Origin: Anthoceros angustus
Lineage: Eukaryota; Plantae; Anthocerotophyta
Assembly (NCBI GenBank): GCA_010909165.1
Contig: MU008167.1
Coordinates: 1,612,001 to 1,676,000, forward strand
Reading direction: 5' to 3'
DNA: 64,000 nucleotides
This document shows positions 36,205 to 49,618 of this stretch, one piece after another (position 1 is the stretch's first letter; each line of letters opens with the position of its first letter). The position numbers were made by a program, and so were the translations under genes. The notes under the pieces are model-generated. The model was not told the DNA's origin, ran no database searches, and saw only the letters and a program-made list of their open reading frames with translations.

Positions 36205-37635
36205 GATACTTACCCCAAAACCTTCAAGTAGCTAGGTTAACAAGACATGTTATATGAAACATGATTCAAGAATAATACAATGGTATTATTAACATGTCCT
36301 CCAAACTTTGTCTGTACAAATGAACCCTCTACTAAAGTATGAATGATAAGGAGCTTTGAAAGTATTTTGGTCATGTATAGTGTATATATATGTGCATTTT
36401 AAAAAATATTTATATACTTATGAGTTTCTCAAAAATATTATGAGTTGTTTGTATTTTCTCAAATAGATTCCTTGTATCAATAAAATATATGTGCATCACA
36501 ACTATTTTTGTAAAATAAACATGAGGGTATATGCATATCTAGCCACAAGTTTAGCTAACAACTAATATAATATATCTATATTATAATCGGAAGAAGAATG
36601 TCAACCTATTTTACGCTTCAAGTTTCTTTTGCAATCAACGACAATGCAACGTGGTACTGCTCTTCGTCAAGTTCTCGTATTCTATCATGGTGCTCTTCTT
36701 TGTGAAGTTCTTGTATACTATAGCAACAAGTCAATCGGTAGCTTTAGAACATTAAACTCATTAGAAACAAAATTACTAGAACAAAAGGCTTTGTCGGTGG
36801 AGAGCAAAAAGTAGATAACTTGGACTTATGCAACGGCTAAGCGTGTCCAATGCTGTAGATATAAATAGTCGTTGTAGCGGTGAATATACAAGCGGCTTCT
36901 CGCAATAGTGTTGGATTCTTTGTAGATTAGGTTCTCCATTTGCTAACCAGCAAAAGAATATAGTAAATAGCATTATTTTTTTATGATATAGGTTGAAATA
37001 TTTTAAAATCATGATACTTACCCCAAAACCTTCAAGTAGCTAGGTTAACAAGACATGTTATATGAAACATGATTCAAGAATAATACAATGGTATTATTAA
37101 CATGTCCTCAAACTTTATGCTACAAATGAACCTCTACTAAAGTATGAATGATAAGGAGCTTTGAAAGTATTTTGGTCATGTATAGTGTATATATATGTGC
37201 ATTTTAAAAAATATTTATATACTTATGAGTTTCTCAAAAATATTATGAGTTGTTTGTATTTTCTCAAATAGATTCCTTGTATCAATAAAATATATGTGCA
37301 TCACAACTATTTTTGTAAAATAAACATGAGGGTATATGCATATCTAGCCACAAGTTTAGCTAACAACTAATATAATATATCTATATTATAATCGGAAAGA
37401 AGAATGTCAACCCTATTTTCTGCTTCAAGTTTCTTTTGCAATCAACGACAATGCAACGTGGTACTGCTCTTCGTCAAGTTCTCGTATTCTATCATGGTGC
37501 TCTTCTTTGTGAAGTTCTTGTATACTATAGCAACAAGTCAATCGGCGCTTTAGAACATTAAACTCATTAGAAACAAAATTACTAGAACAAAAGGCTTTGT
37601 CGGTGGAGAGCAAAAAGTAGATAACGGACTTATCA
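36028..37635. repeat. Near-identical tandem duplication (~808 bp unit)
   Basis: 36030-36835 repeated at 36838-37635 with only small indels. Confidence 0.9.
36776..37012 (-). pseudogene. 3'-truncated duplicate of DUF26-like copy 3
   Basis: First 58 aa identical to 35677-36204, then runs into the duplication junction. Confidence 0.8.
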
Positions 37636-37860
37636 TGCTGAAAAAAACGTATTGGAAGCCACTAGCACAAATCTTTATTGTAGTCAAATTCACGAGCAAT
37701 TATTGATTTTGACTGTAGAGTAATAGTTTGCCAAACAAGATTATATAGGAATGTGCATAAAAATAAAGAATGATATATACTAATATATTTTTATTTCTCT
37801 GTGAAATTTGATCATCACAAAGTAATATAAGACATCTTTAGCATTCTACATGCTGCTCTT

Positions 37861-38379
37861 TTATGGTGTATTTAATCCAAATAAATTGAGATCAAATGGT
37901 GGTTCCGGGATAATCGGACAAGTATCTAGCCTACTTTCTATTGAATATCGCAAGTAACAGTCTTCTACAAGAACCCATCCTTCACTTGGCACACCATTAC
38001 AATATCCATATAGGGCATACTTTGTTGAAGAAAGACATTGATAACATGCAACCCAAGTGTTCATAGTGATGACATTTTTGTAACAAGTTACTACTCCGCA
38101 CAATGTAGGACCTGATGGCAATTGAGGAGTTCTAATTGATAAATAACGTGGTAGCTTTCCAGGAACAAAAATCTCATCTTGGGGTTCGATAGCACGACTA
38201 ATTAGCTCATCCAATGCTGCTCGTATAAATAAGTTGGTTAAAGGATGCTTAATTAACTTGCCACAATTATGTCCAATCGCTTTTGTGTTGGGCTGCGCGT
38301 GTAGAGACAAGATACCAAAACAAATTGTTAAAAATAACCAAAAAATCTTGATTATTTTTAGATTATTGAACATAGTCAT
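37861..38379 (-). CDS. Secreted Gnk2/DUF26-like cysteine-rich protein, copy 4
   Basis: Signal peptide ending LHA, PNTKAIGHNC, C-X12-CxxC, DCYLRYS, LDTCP. Confidence 0.87.
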   Translation of the reverse strand: MTMFNNLKIIKIFWLFLTICFGILSLHAQPNTKAIGHNCGKLIKHPLTNLFIRAALDELISRAIEPQDEIFVPGKLPRYLSIRTPQLPSGPTLCGVVTCYKNVITMNTWVACYQCLSSTKYALYGYCNGVPSEGWVLVEDCYLRYSIESRLDTCPIIPEPPFDLNLFGLNTP

Positions 38380-40019
38380 GTTATTTCTCTCTCAATTTGG
38401 ATGAATGGATGAATATGAAAAATTACTTGTATTAATAGGTTGATGTTAATAAGTCCATATTCTTAATTCTCTAGTGATGTAAAGTAGCTTACCAACTCTT
38501 GACCCTTTTATATTTTAAAACGTTTGATATTTGTACTCATGTACATGTGACGTTCTTACTCAATGAAGCCTAGTTAATGCCAAACGTTCCAAACATCTAG
38601 ATGTGTTTACATAGATCTTCATCAAAGCTTCATCAGAGCGTATCAATTCTTGTTTATTTCCTATGTGTGGAACTGAATTGTATTGAAATGTTTCTGTTAA
38701 ATTAAATCTAGAAAAAAATCCATGGTTAAGTTCCTTGAGTTAGGTTGTTGTCAAGCTAAGGGAAATCTTCTATGATATAAGGACTATTTGCAGGTGCTTT
38801 GAATCACTTGGTTTGCCTAACCTTATTCTTGGTTGATTGCCTTTTGGTCCTATCTCACTTCAAAATTAATTGTCACTTGATAATAAAATATGAAACGAGA
38901 GACCATATTTTGTCCAACATATGTTAGCCACAAGCTACAGCAGAAAACTTTCTAGAACCAAAGAATTCTAAGCGATTGATGTTAATAATTCAGGAGGCTT
39001 TATTGAATTCTTCATTAATAGAATTTTCAATTTATTACAAAAAACATTAAAGTTCTGGAATTTTTAACTCACAATTTAGCATCAAGAGTCTCCACAGGTC
39101 GAGTACATACCAAATGAGCTATTGCCAATAAACAAATGCAAGTGAAGACCAGTCCTTAGTGATGTATATGTTTCCCTTTGTCGATATTTGTTTGTTTTGC
39201 CTTTTTTTTGTGCAATGCTTATGCTTACACGTTTTCAGATGGATGGATGGCACTGACAAATAGATGTCATACATATATACATATTCGGAGAGTTTGGTGA
39301 GCCCGCGCAAACATGAGATGACATTGTCATGTTTTCATTCTTATAATGTTAAATAATTCTATACCTTAGGAGGATGCGCATCGCCACCACCCTCAGTGCA
39401 TCCCAAGCGGTGCACCCCAAGTGTTCAACAATGTTTTATTCTCATGAAACTTGATTGGCTCCCCATCCCAGTATTGACTGGGCCCTAGGGACTTGGAGTT
39501 CTCAAGTCTCGTAGCTCACATAAATAACATAAGAATATAATATTTCCCTGAATCGAGTGGCTTTGTAAGTACCTTGCTAAGAACAAGTTCCTTCTTTCTC
39601 TTCACCAGCCACAGTATATATGCAAAGCCTGGAGTGTAGAGACCAATGTGCAACTATGGGCCTTGGTCTCCTTGGCAATGCCAACCATTTGCTCCAAGCA
39701 TCATATTTTATGACATGATATCTCAACATGAGGGTTTGAAACACAATTATGCGCATCTACAATGTGGTGGCAACATATGCTTATGGGTTTGAGCGGACAA
39801 GTATAGTGCACAAGACTTGATGCTCAATTGATAGTCTCTTGTGCCTTGGATCTATGGCTACAAGGTTAGTGAGGGTGTAATTGCATTAAAATTTAGAAAA
39901 AGACATGCCACAAAATTATAGATAAACTAGAAAAATATTATCTAGGAGTGCAAGTTAAATAATTAACCTAGATTAAATTAACCCGAACCAATTGTAGCTA
40001 ATTAAAACCAAGACTAAGA

Positions 40020-40340
40020 ATGGGCGATGGAGACGAGGCGATAAGCATACATTGTGCTTTGGGAAATCATAGACTGCTTTGTATCCTCGGCCTGTCCACA
40101 TGATCTTGTTTTTGACCTTGGATCCATACCTGACTAGACTAGTTAGTTTATAGAATTATGATTAATCTAACCTAAACTCCTAAACTCCATCTACTCCTAG
40201 CTGCAGCTACCTGGCTGCATCTTCCATCTTGCGTAAGCTGGCCTCCTCTGGCCGAATCTCATCCTTATGTTTACGGCCCATCTGGCCACTAATCAGCTGG
40301 CTCAGTACATAATCATCAAGCCTGGATCCCTAAATGGCTT
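40020..40340. repeat. Composite dispersed repeat (40020-40200 resembles 44720-44870; 40235-40340 resembles 31100-31205)
   Basis: Shared CCTGACTAGACTAGTT...TCTAAC-TAAACTC and GCTGGCCTCCTCT...GAATCTCATCCTTATG. Confidence 0.7.
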
Positions 40341-40634
40341 GTCCGATTATGGGCAACTGGCCGTGATAGAGGCCCTGGTCGTTTGGGGTACTCAAAGCCC
40401 GCTCCATAAAATATGTAGCAGCTCTTCTCACCACTCTACGTAGACGTTCTGATCTTATCCAACTCCAATGCGACCATGTACGTTGGTTGCATACATGTTC
40501 TCACCCTTCATGTGCTGTACATAAATTTGTCATTCACAATGTTAGCAGAATTATTTTTTCCTTGTTGAAAATCCTCTAACATTGAATGCGTATATATAGT
40601 TTTCAACAATGTAGTATACAACTCAAAGCATGTG

Positions 40635-41050
40635 TCACATACCCATCTTGTGATCCAGACACCATTCTCGTATAAGGTTTCCAGTCACAACTTTTGTGAA
40701 TGAGCTCTAGAAATGGCTAGTTCTTTCATGTTCATCATCGCTCTTATACAGCAATATGTCCACGGTCTTGTCTCAAGATCCGCGCAGATCTACTATAACC
40801 GCATTTCGCACATTTTCGGAACGTGTTTCTAACCGATAACTGTATATCTACTATTTATCATATATATTAATAAGGTATTTATAGTGTATAAATATGAGCT
40901 ACGATATATTATTGGAATAGGTATTTCGTTAACGGAAAGGAAATGGTTATTGTCGTTTTCGTGTCCATAGTTGGGCTCCTGCTTGATCTGTCTGTTGAGC
41001 TCTGGTCTCCTGCACGGATGGCCGGTTTCTACATTCATAACAACATGTAC
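40635..41050. repeat. Dispersed ~450 bp repeat, related to 28200-28665
   Basis: Same shared motifs as the 28200 copy. Confidence 0.75.
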
Positions 41051-42095
41051 ATGAGTTGCATACATGTTCTCACCCTCCATGTAATGTATATTAATTCTTA
41101 GATGTATTCCAACCCATGTTTAACAACGTTGGAAATCCTCTAATATTACATGTGCATGCATAGTTTACAATAATGTAGCTATACAGCACAAATCCTCAAC
41201 AATAATCGTCCATTAAAATTATGTTGTCATAAAGTTTGTAACAAATTTTACCAATAGAATTACATAAGTCAATAAGAAATATAAGTGCCTCAAACTACGT
41301 CGTAGCTCAAGAGCTATGGAAGTTCTCATCCATTTTTTGTTCTACTTTGGAATGCTTTTGTTGAGACAAAGCGGTATAAACAATATGCCGTACACTCATG
41401 ACCATCGTATTGACAATGGCTCAATTTACCGGTAACCAATATCCTTTTTTCCTATTTTATTGATGGAGCTAACGTTCATTTCTAATTTTAAGTAGAAATG
41501 CTCCTTTAGTTAACTATATAGTTATTAAAAGTATGAATCTCATTAAGATGAAACTAAATAGAAATATTTCATTTAAAAATACCCGCTTATTGATAAATGG
41601 TGCATGAAAAAGAAGTCATATTTTTCAAGAAGCAAGTCATATTCTTGAATTTAATATATTAATTAAGTTATGAGATTAATTAAACCTATATCGAGTTACA
41701 ATTATATGAGAAGATGCTAATACCCTGTTTATCATATATCTAGTTGTAGTTTGTTGAACTCATTAAGGATTTGTATTACGTTATCGGACAAAAATGAATC
41801 GCAAACACTTTTTGAATATAAGTTGGTCATCAACTTTGGTTTGATATCTAAAACTTAACAAGCTATAATAACTATACCATGCATAAAAATATAATCCTAC
41901 CTAAAGATTTATATATGTAGGACTACTACATTCTATGCCTATATCGTTTTAAACATTATTATGTACTTATGTTTTAAACATTATTATGTACAAGCTCAAA
42001 GCCTCAATATTGCATGGTCATGAAGATGTGATATCAAAGACAAATATATATTATTTTGTACATTCATAAAATTAGAACTCGATTTTAATTTAACA

Positions 42096-42605
42096 ATGGG
42101 TATTCACAACTTAAATTACATTCCACCATTAGTATTTCTAGTTTTTCACTCAACCTTTCTGGTTCATGCAGCGGTTAATACCACAATTATTGAGAGTTAC
42201 TGTGGAGAGCCATTCATTCATTCACCCTTAATAAAATTATTTATAAAAACTGCATCGACTATATTAATTCAATATGTGTCTCAGGTTGAAGATCAAATTC
42301 AAAATCATCTTGACTTACTTCCACATTATGTGTCTTATGTAACTCCTCTTCTACCATATGGACCAACCTATTGGGGAGTAATTACTTGTTATCCAAATGA
42401 CGTTAGTATGATCTCTTTAAAGGATTGTAATACTTGTCTTACTATTATAAAAAAAGTTCTATTAAACCAACTTTGTGACGGTTTGCCAATTGAGGGATCA
42501 CTCCTAGTACATGATTGTTATTTTCGATATTCAACTCGACAACCTCTAGATAGTTGTCCCATCATACCAGAACCTCCACTACCTATCGATTTACCCATGA
42601 AATAA
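42096..42605 (+). CDS. Secreted Gnk2/DUF26-like cysteine-rich protein, copy 5 (inverted)
   Basis: Signal peptide ending VHA, VNTTIIESYC, YWGVITC-X12-CNTC, DCYFRYST, LDSCP. Confidence 0.87.
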   Translation: MGIHNLNYIPPLVFLVFHSTFLVHAAVNTTIIESYCGEPFIHSPLIKLFIKTASTILIQYVSQVEDQIQNHLDLLPHYVSYVTPLLPYGPTYWGVITCYPNDVSMISLKDCNTCLTIIKKVLLNQLCDGLPIEGSLLVHDCYFRYSTRQPLDSCPIIPEPPLPIDLPMK

Positions 42606-43408
42606 TATTTTATAAAATAAACTAATTATTATATCATGTTTTGTAAAATAATTTTAGAAGTAGAAATATATGTTATAATTTTTTTGATTTGTTAGCATGT
42701 GAATATCATAATCTTTTACTAGAATCCACCTATCCATCCACATACATCCGATGACCTACTTGTCTTCTACATGCTATTAGAAATACTTGTAAGTAGTCCA
42801 TATGGCTAGCTAAGGAGTAGTGGTTTCTTACTCCAAATCTCATTATTTATAGACGGTGTTCTTGTTTCATTTGATCTCCTCAAGATACTAATCCAAATAA
42901 TTTTGGGGGGAAGCATGAAAAAATAATTGTAGAGTCCTTGTATCTTAAATGTTAGCTTTATTCATCAGATAATATAACTATGTTACCTTTAAAAGGAAAA
43001 GAAGTCATGTATTTGAGGAGGACTCATGTATGAGTTTATAGGAACTGTCTCCTTAAGCACCCTTTAGATTGGAGTATTATTAGGATGAAGTATCTATCTC
43101 TATTTGTTATTAGCCTCTAGGTTGGATGATAATTGGGATAAGGCGTTTGTCCTTTGCTATTCTTGGCCCTTGTTGAGTACTGTAGTAGATGGTCTGCGTA
43201 TCAAGATGCTAATATAAATGGTGGAATATTTGTTGTATCGTCCCTATTGGGACATTAATATAAGAAGCCATATGACATAATTTAAGAAGACATTATCTAG
43301 AATATAGATAATTTTAACTAAAAATTAATTAGAATAACTAGTTTAAAAATAAATTCATATTTTGTAGTTGGGAAACTTCATAAAATTAAAACTTCACACT
43401 ATACATAA

Positions 43409-43909
43409 CTATGGAATGAATATATTTTCTTCTTGAAATGGAGGTTCAGGTACATATGGACAACTATCTAACATGGATTTTGTTGAATATCGAATATAAC
43501 AATCGAGGACAAGATTTGCAGCATCGCTTGGAATCCCTGTACAAAGTTTGATCAATCGTATCTTAATGGAACGAAGGCATGATAAACATTCTATTGCCGT
43601 GGTCATTGTTTCCATATTCTTATAACAAGTCACTACTCCCCATAATGTGGGCCCATTTGACATCATAGTTCTATATGAGGCATAGTGGGGCAAACCATCA
43701 GGTTTATCAAATTCTCTTACTCCATCCAAGATTAGCTCATCCAAGGCTTGACTTATGAATTCACTTATTTGTGCTGACTTAATAAGTGGTACACCACAAA
43801 TATGATACACTGGTTGCAAATTTGGTGCAGCATGCACTACCAAAGTACGTATGAGGATAACTAATATGATTTTAGGAGGTACAATGAATTTGATTTGACT
43901 CATGGCCAC
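43409..43909 (-). CDS. Secreted Gnk2/DUF26-like cysteine-rich protein, copy 6
   Basis: Signal peptide ending VHA, LWGVVTC-X12-CLSC, DCYIRYST, LDSCP. Confidence 0.87.
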   Translation of the reverse strand: MAMSQIKFIVPPKIILVILIRTLVVHAAPNLQPVYHICGVPLIKSAQISEFISQALDELILDGVREFDKPDGLPHYASYRTMMSNGPTLWGVVTCYKNMETMTTAIECLSCLRSIKIRLIKLCTGIPSDAANLVLDCYIRYSTKSMLDSCPYVPEPPFQEENIFIP

Positions 43910-46278
43910 TTTTCAAAGTTCATATGGAGTTGATTTCTAGAGAAAAAATAATACTATTGAAAAATATCCGCTCTAAGTTTCAACATCCAAGGACCTTATA
44001 AGTCAACCAGAGAACCGTCTATTAAAACCTTAAAATTGGATTTGAAAGTGTCTTTTTGGATCAACAACATTAACATTTTTTGCTTCGTGTATCTTATTTA
44101 AATTTTAAATTTATATATCAATCCATCATTATTGATCAACAACATCAATAAATTTTAGCTTCATGGATATTATCAATGAATATAAACATTCAGATTGTAC
44201 TTTAAAAAAACAAGGACCAAATTTGGTTATAATTTTAAAAAAAAGGAAAAAATTTGGTTATAATTTAAAAAGACAAGGACAAAATTTGATTCAGCAGACA
44301 TCATATTATCAAAGACGAATAGGAATCTTGATAAGATTCTTTGTGGTAAATTAAAATAATAGGTATTCAGACAAAAAAACATCACTAAGATTAAGGATAT
44401 TGACTTATTGGAAGAAACAATTGTCCACATTGTGTTAGGCATAGTGTAAATAGAATCTATGTGTAGTTTTTCATTTCCCTCATTTTTCCTCAAGCTTTTG
44501 TTATCTTATTTGCAGCTTATTTATCTTTATGTAAAAATTAAAAAGATTATCTCATTTATTGGAATGATTGAATGGTCATCTTGTATGACATCACTATAGA
44601 CAATAGGTTATAAGTTATACCTTCAAGTCCTTTATCTACATATTAGTTTAGAATAAGCATACTTTGTGCATTTTTGTAAGCATACTTTGTGATTTAGGGA
44701 ATCATTGACACGTGTTTCTGGAATGGAGAGATTGCCGCAGGTGGCGGCTCTTGTATCCCCAGCCTATCCACAAGATCTTGTTCTTAACCTTGGGTCCAAA
44801 CCTGACTAGACTAGTTGATTTACAGAACTATGATTGGTCTAACATAAACTCTTAAACTCATCTACTTCTAACTACTATATGTCCGTCGATGCGATGATGA
44901 AAGCATCCAGTCTGAAGGGCGACCGAAAGCGCCCAAGAGTCTAAAGTCGATGCGATGAAAGCGCCCAGTAGTCTAATGCGGACAATGAAAGTTCTTAGAG
45001 TCCGAAGCTCATGTGGACGATGAAAGATAGATTTGGGCAAAAGAGTCCAATTTAGGGCTAAAAGGCAAATGTATAACCAGAAGCCTTAATCATGTCATCT
45101 TATGTAGCACCAGATCCACAATTTCCATAAGCATGCATGAGAGCAGTTGCCACTAGCACATTGTTGTCCACTTCGTTTTTTATCATGTCATGCTGGATCT
45201 TTGTGATCTTGACAGCTATAGTCTCTAACTAGTGCATTCTAGGCAACATCTCTTCTGCTATACATGTGAAATGCACGATGTGCATCAAGTGTGATGCCCC
45301 ACTTCCTATCCATGCTGATCATTGTGTTGCCCACGTCCCATCTATGCTAGTATGGCCACGGTGGTTGTTATGGCCTAGCGGTCTCCAGTTTCCCGCACCA
45401 TCTTTTGTGACAAGCAGTGGATTTCTGATATGTCGTAGTGTGTCGGATTGTGCCCATGTTGCCATGGTACAAATATAGCTTGACATGGTAGGTCTAGGTA
45501 GGTGGTTAGATGATGATTAATGGCATGCCAGAGTGCTTGTACAGTTTTAAAACTTTTGTACTGGGCCATGGTGTTTCTCACTCGAATTTCAATACTAATT
45601 TTGCAGCACTCTCTTCTAGTTTTGAAATGTTGAAGATACAACGCATCAACTAATGTAAGTAGTTCATGCAACTAGACTAACTCCACCCTAAATTGCGACG
45701 AATATATTTGGTCTCGTAGAATCTATTTTCCAGTTGCATTTCTCAAAGTAGAGGCGATGGTGAATGGGTGACTAGTTGGCATACCTTGTCGGATTCCTCG
45801 CCTCCAGCTGGTGGTGCACCCTCTTTCTCACATTTATTTGGCTTTTTTGCTTGTTAAAAACAACCAAAAACTATTTTCAGTGAATTATGCTCAAAAGAAC
45901 TACTGTTGTTTTGGGGTTAATATATCGACATAGTACCAATCGTAAATTATACAGCTCCATAAATTTCTTACACTTAATATTCTAATATTAAGTTTGTTAG
46001 ATCTAATAATCTTAAGAATTGTACAACAACTGGTAAGTTGGTGACTATCTTATTAATCGAGGGAATTGAGTCTTCAAAAATAATTGTCCTGCACATAAAC
46101 AGCCTTGATCATCCTCATACTAAAATTGCTATCCTACAATTTTAGATTTGCCTTGAAAGTCTTCTCGAACCTTTGTTGTGCCAACTTTTAGAAAGTTGTA
46201 TAATGTATTAAGTTGTCTAGATTAGAAAATTAAACATTTTACAACTAAACTCTTATATCACAACAAACATAAGATCCC

Positions 46279-46863
46279 TCATGGCTCAATAGACCTTTTG
46301 CCTCTTAGCTTAATATCATTTGGAGGTGTAGGTATATTTGGACAACTGTCTAGATGAGATGAAGTGGAAAATCTAAAATAACAATCTTGCACAAGAATTG
46401 ATCCTTCACTAGGCGTTCCTATGCATAGGAGAAAGAGAAGGCGATGACCTATAGCATTCAGACATGTCAAACAATCTACCCAACTAATCATAGAGATACT
46501 ATTTTGATAGCAAGTGACAACTCCCCAGAAGAAGGGACCCGTCGGTAATGAGGGAGTTTTGAATGATTTATAGTGTGGAAGTGCACCTGGAGTTGTAAAA
46601 AGCTGGCTTTTAAGGGTATTGGTAACCATAATAAGCTCATTAAATGCTGCTTGTACAAAATCTTTTTGAACTTTTGACATCAACGGAGGCTCTCCACAAT
46701 AATGCTCGATCTGCGTTATAACAGGTAATCCATGGATCAATAAAGAAGAGAAATAGATTGCTAACGTCATTATGTGTATGGAGTTGATAAAATATATAAT
46801 TTCTATTTTATTCTTCATTTTTCTATATAGTATAGGACACCCTGTTTCTTGCCACCAAAACAC
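46279..46863 (-). CDS. Secreted Gnk2/DUF26-like cysteine-rich protein, copy 7 (true ATG probably MKNK at ~46818 or later)
   Basis: FWGVVTC-X12-CLTC, DCYFRFST, LDSCP. Confidence 0.85.
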   Translation of the reverse strand: MFWWQETGCPILYRKMKNKIEIIYFINSIHIMTLAIYFSSLLIHGLPVITQIEHYCGEPPLMSKVQKDFVQAAFNELIMVTNTLKSQLFTTPGALPHYKSFKTPSLPTGPFFWGVVTCYQNSISMISWVDCLTCLNAIGHRLLFLLCIGTPSEGSILVQDCYFRFSTSSHLDSCPNIPTPPNDIKLRGKRSIEP

Positions 46864-48603
46864 CTAGACACAAGACCTTTATGGCTCCCAATTATGCATT
46901 ATCATGTAAAAAATAGAGATGTAGTCCAAAATTTATGGCCGAAACTAATGTGTTGTAGCTTCGAAGAGCTTTTCTACAGAATTGAACTCTTGCAAACTTT
47001 TGGGCAACTCATTGAAGTTTACATAGATACACTAGGTGTTAAAACACTTACATCGAAAAATAATAAAATATTATCTCAAATATTATCTCCATAACACAAG
47101 CAATTCTACTCCCATGATTTATGTGTTGGAAACCACAAGTAATGTGCAGAATAAAAGAGCTATAAATAAAATTTAATGGTAGAATAAAATAATATATATA
47201 TTTATTTTATTCAATAAATCAATGTTGAGATATTTATAATATATAATCTTCTTATTGTGTAAAGTTTCATTTCTCACAATCTTTTAATGAGAGGTTGTGT
47301 CGATTACGTTCTTGAGAAGAACCTTTCTATTTTTAATAAAATTATTCCAATTGTGAGGTTAGTTACTTTGGAGTTACTGTTTTGTTTTTGTCTTACTTTC
47401 TTTAATATACAGAGTCTTGTTGATTTTCTTAGGACCCGTTTTAAGTTATATATTATATATTTAGAATAATATATATATACATAGATGTCCATATATATAT
47501 ATATATATATATATATTCTTATAGTAACTTTCAACATCATTTTTGTATATTTAATTACCTATTGAGCACAACCACGCGGATCTCATAATTCTGCATTGGC
47601 AGAATGGACGGTTTTCTTTGTATCGAGTACAATACATATACATGGGCCGTGCAGACCGGTTAAACCACCTAGTTCTTGGTTTTTTATACTAGACTTTAGG
47701 TTTTCGGGTTTGCTACGGTTGGTTGGGGTTACGTTCGTTTTAGAGAGTTTACCCTCATGTAATGGGCATTATCCTAATTATCAGCTATTGACCTACCTTT
47801 CGTTTTACAGTATTTACCCTCATGTAATGGACATTATCCTATTTATCAGCTTTTGACTTATTTATCTATTATTTCCAGCCATTTGCTCATTTACCCATAA
47901 TTAATCTATTTATCCTATTTGTGAGCTGAATTTATCTTATTATTTCGTCATCACGGAATAGGTTCCTCTGGTCTTCGCGGTACCAGCAACCTGGTTTGGT
48001 AGCTCCAAGCAGCATTGTGTCGTCTATACTGGACAACTGAAGGTAGCTCCAAGCAGCATTGTGTCGTCTATACTAGACAACTGAAGGGCACGGGATGGAC
48101 TGTGGCCCGCGTCCACTGTCTCTAATAAGATTACCATTAGTAGAAGTAGGTCGAGACCCGTGTATACATAAAATGGAAGATGTAAATAAAGGCAAGAACT
48201 TATCAATGACTTTAGGTATGGGTTTAGTAAGGCTACTCCTCCTTACTGTGACGCTCGACATCTCCTGCAAGCTTGTCTTATGGTAGATGCTAACTGACCT
48301 CATCTCTACTTATTCAATAAAGTGCATGAGTATCAATGCGCCTTTTTATTCTTATTTGACAGGATAAAACTAACCATCTTATATTCATCCATGCTACATT
48401 TTTGTGGAAAAAGAGTGAGGGTTCAATTAAGAAAAATATGTGTGTATAGTTGGGATGAAGAAGTTAAAATGGGAGAAAAAAATTGTTTCCATATCAATGT
48501 ACTTTAGCAAAGGTCTAGATCCTCCTCTAGATCTTTAACTTCAATTTATTTAATACATGTATTTTTGAATTCTTAGTTTTACAAAGATCGAGGGATTGTA
48601 ACT

Positions 48604-49113
48604 TCATGGAGGCTCTGGAGCATATGGACAACTATCCAATCCACCAAATGAATATCGGATATAACAATCCACTACAAGATTTGAACCTCCATATGGCATT
48701 CCTGAACATAGTTTGTACAAAAGTTCCATCTTTATTATATTCAAACAATAATGACAATCATCCCAGTTATTCATAGTCACATGATTCTTGTAACAAGTAA
48801 CTACACCCACCACCTTTGGAATCAATGAGAATGACGGAGCCGTGTAGGCTTCATAAAATGGAAGACCATTTGGTTTTTCAAATGCTGGTTGCGCATTTTG
48901 GATTAGTTGCTTTAATGCTATTGGTAAAAATAAACGGATGACAGGTGAAGTAATAGTTGGAAACTCACATTCATAGTGAACGCGCTTTAAATTAGGTGAA
49001 GCGTTTACTCGCCAAGTGTAACAGATTATTAATAGCATTAAAACATAGATATGTATCTGATACAAACCTATCATTTCTTTAGATATATAGACCCTTCTTG
49101 GCATAAAAAGCAC
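48604..49113 (-). CDS. Secreted Gnk2/DUF26-like cysteine-rich protein, copy 8 (start codon uncertain)
   Basis: Signal peptide ending VNA, VGVVTC-X12-CHYC, DCYIRYS, LDSCP. Confidence 0.85.
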   Translation of the reverse strand: MLFMPRRVYISKEMIGLYQIHIYVLMLLIICYTWRVNASPNLKRVHYECEFPTITSPVIRLFLPIALKQLIQNAQPAFEKPNGLPFYEAYTAPSFSLIPKVVGVVTCYKNHVTMNNWDDCHYCLNIIKMELLYKLCSGMPYGGSNLVVDCYIRYSFGGLDSCPYAPEPP

Positions 49114-49618
49114 AAGCAGCCAATCACCAAGTAACTTTTAGGTGTGACTCAAACATATTCATGGGCATACTTAAACATTATTTGTGGGTAACGTGTAAGA
49201 GGATGCTGCTGTGCAACTTCCCCAGGCCACGCGAAAGAATATTCCCGGACATCGAAATGAAGAGCTCGAATCCCGCTTGTGAACAAGACCTGCAGCTCAC
49301 ACTTTCGTACAGCACCAGAACTATCAGTAGCAGGTTCAGTGTTCTTTGGCCTGGTCCGGTTTCTCTCATTCACGGCAAGGGCTACCAAGGAGTAGCTTCC
49401 TGCATTGCAAGCGATGAGGGCTCGCAAGAAGTCCAGACATGAAAGTGGCAATTAATAGGGCTTCCGTATCCCCATGCTGCAAATAATCGCATGAGGAAAG
49501 CAAACACGAACTTCAGCCAGGATGTGTCTCTTGATGCTTTCCTGCAAGCCTGGACGTGCGTTGTCAGCCTGCGGAATCGGTTGGGCTATGTATGACCGGT
49601 GGTGAGTGTAGGGCTTGA

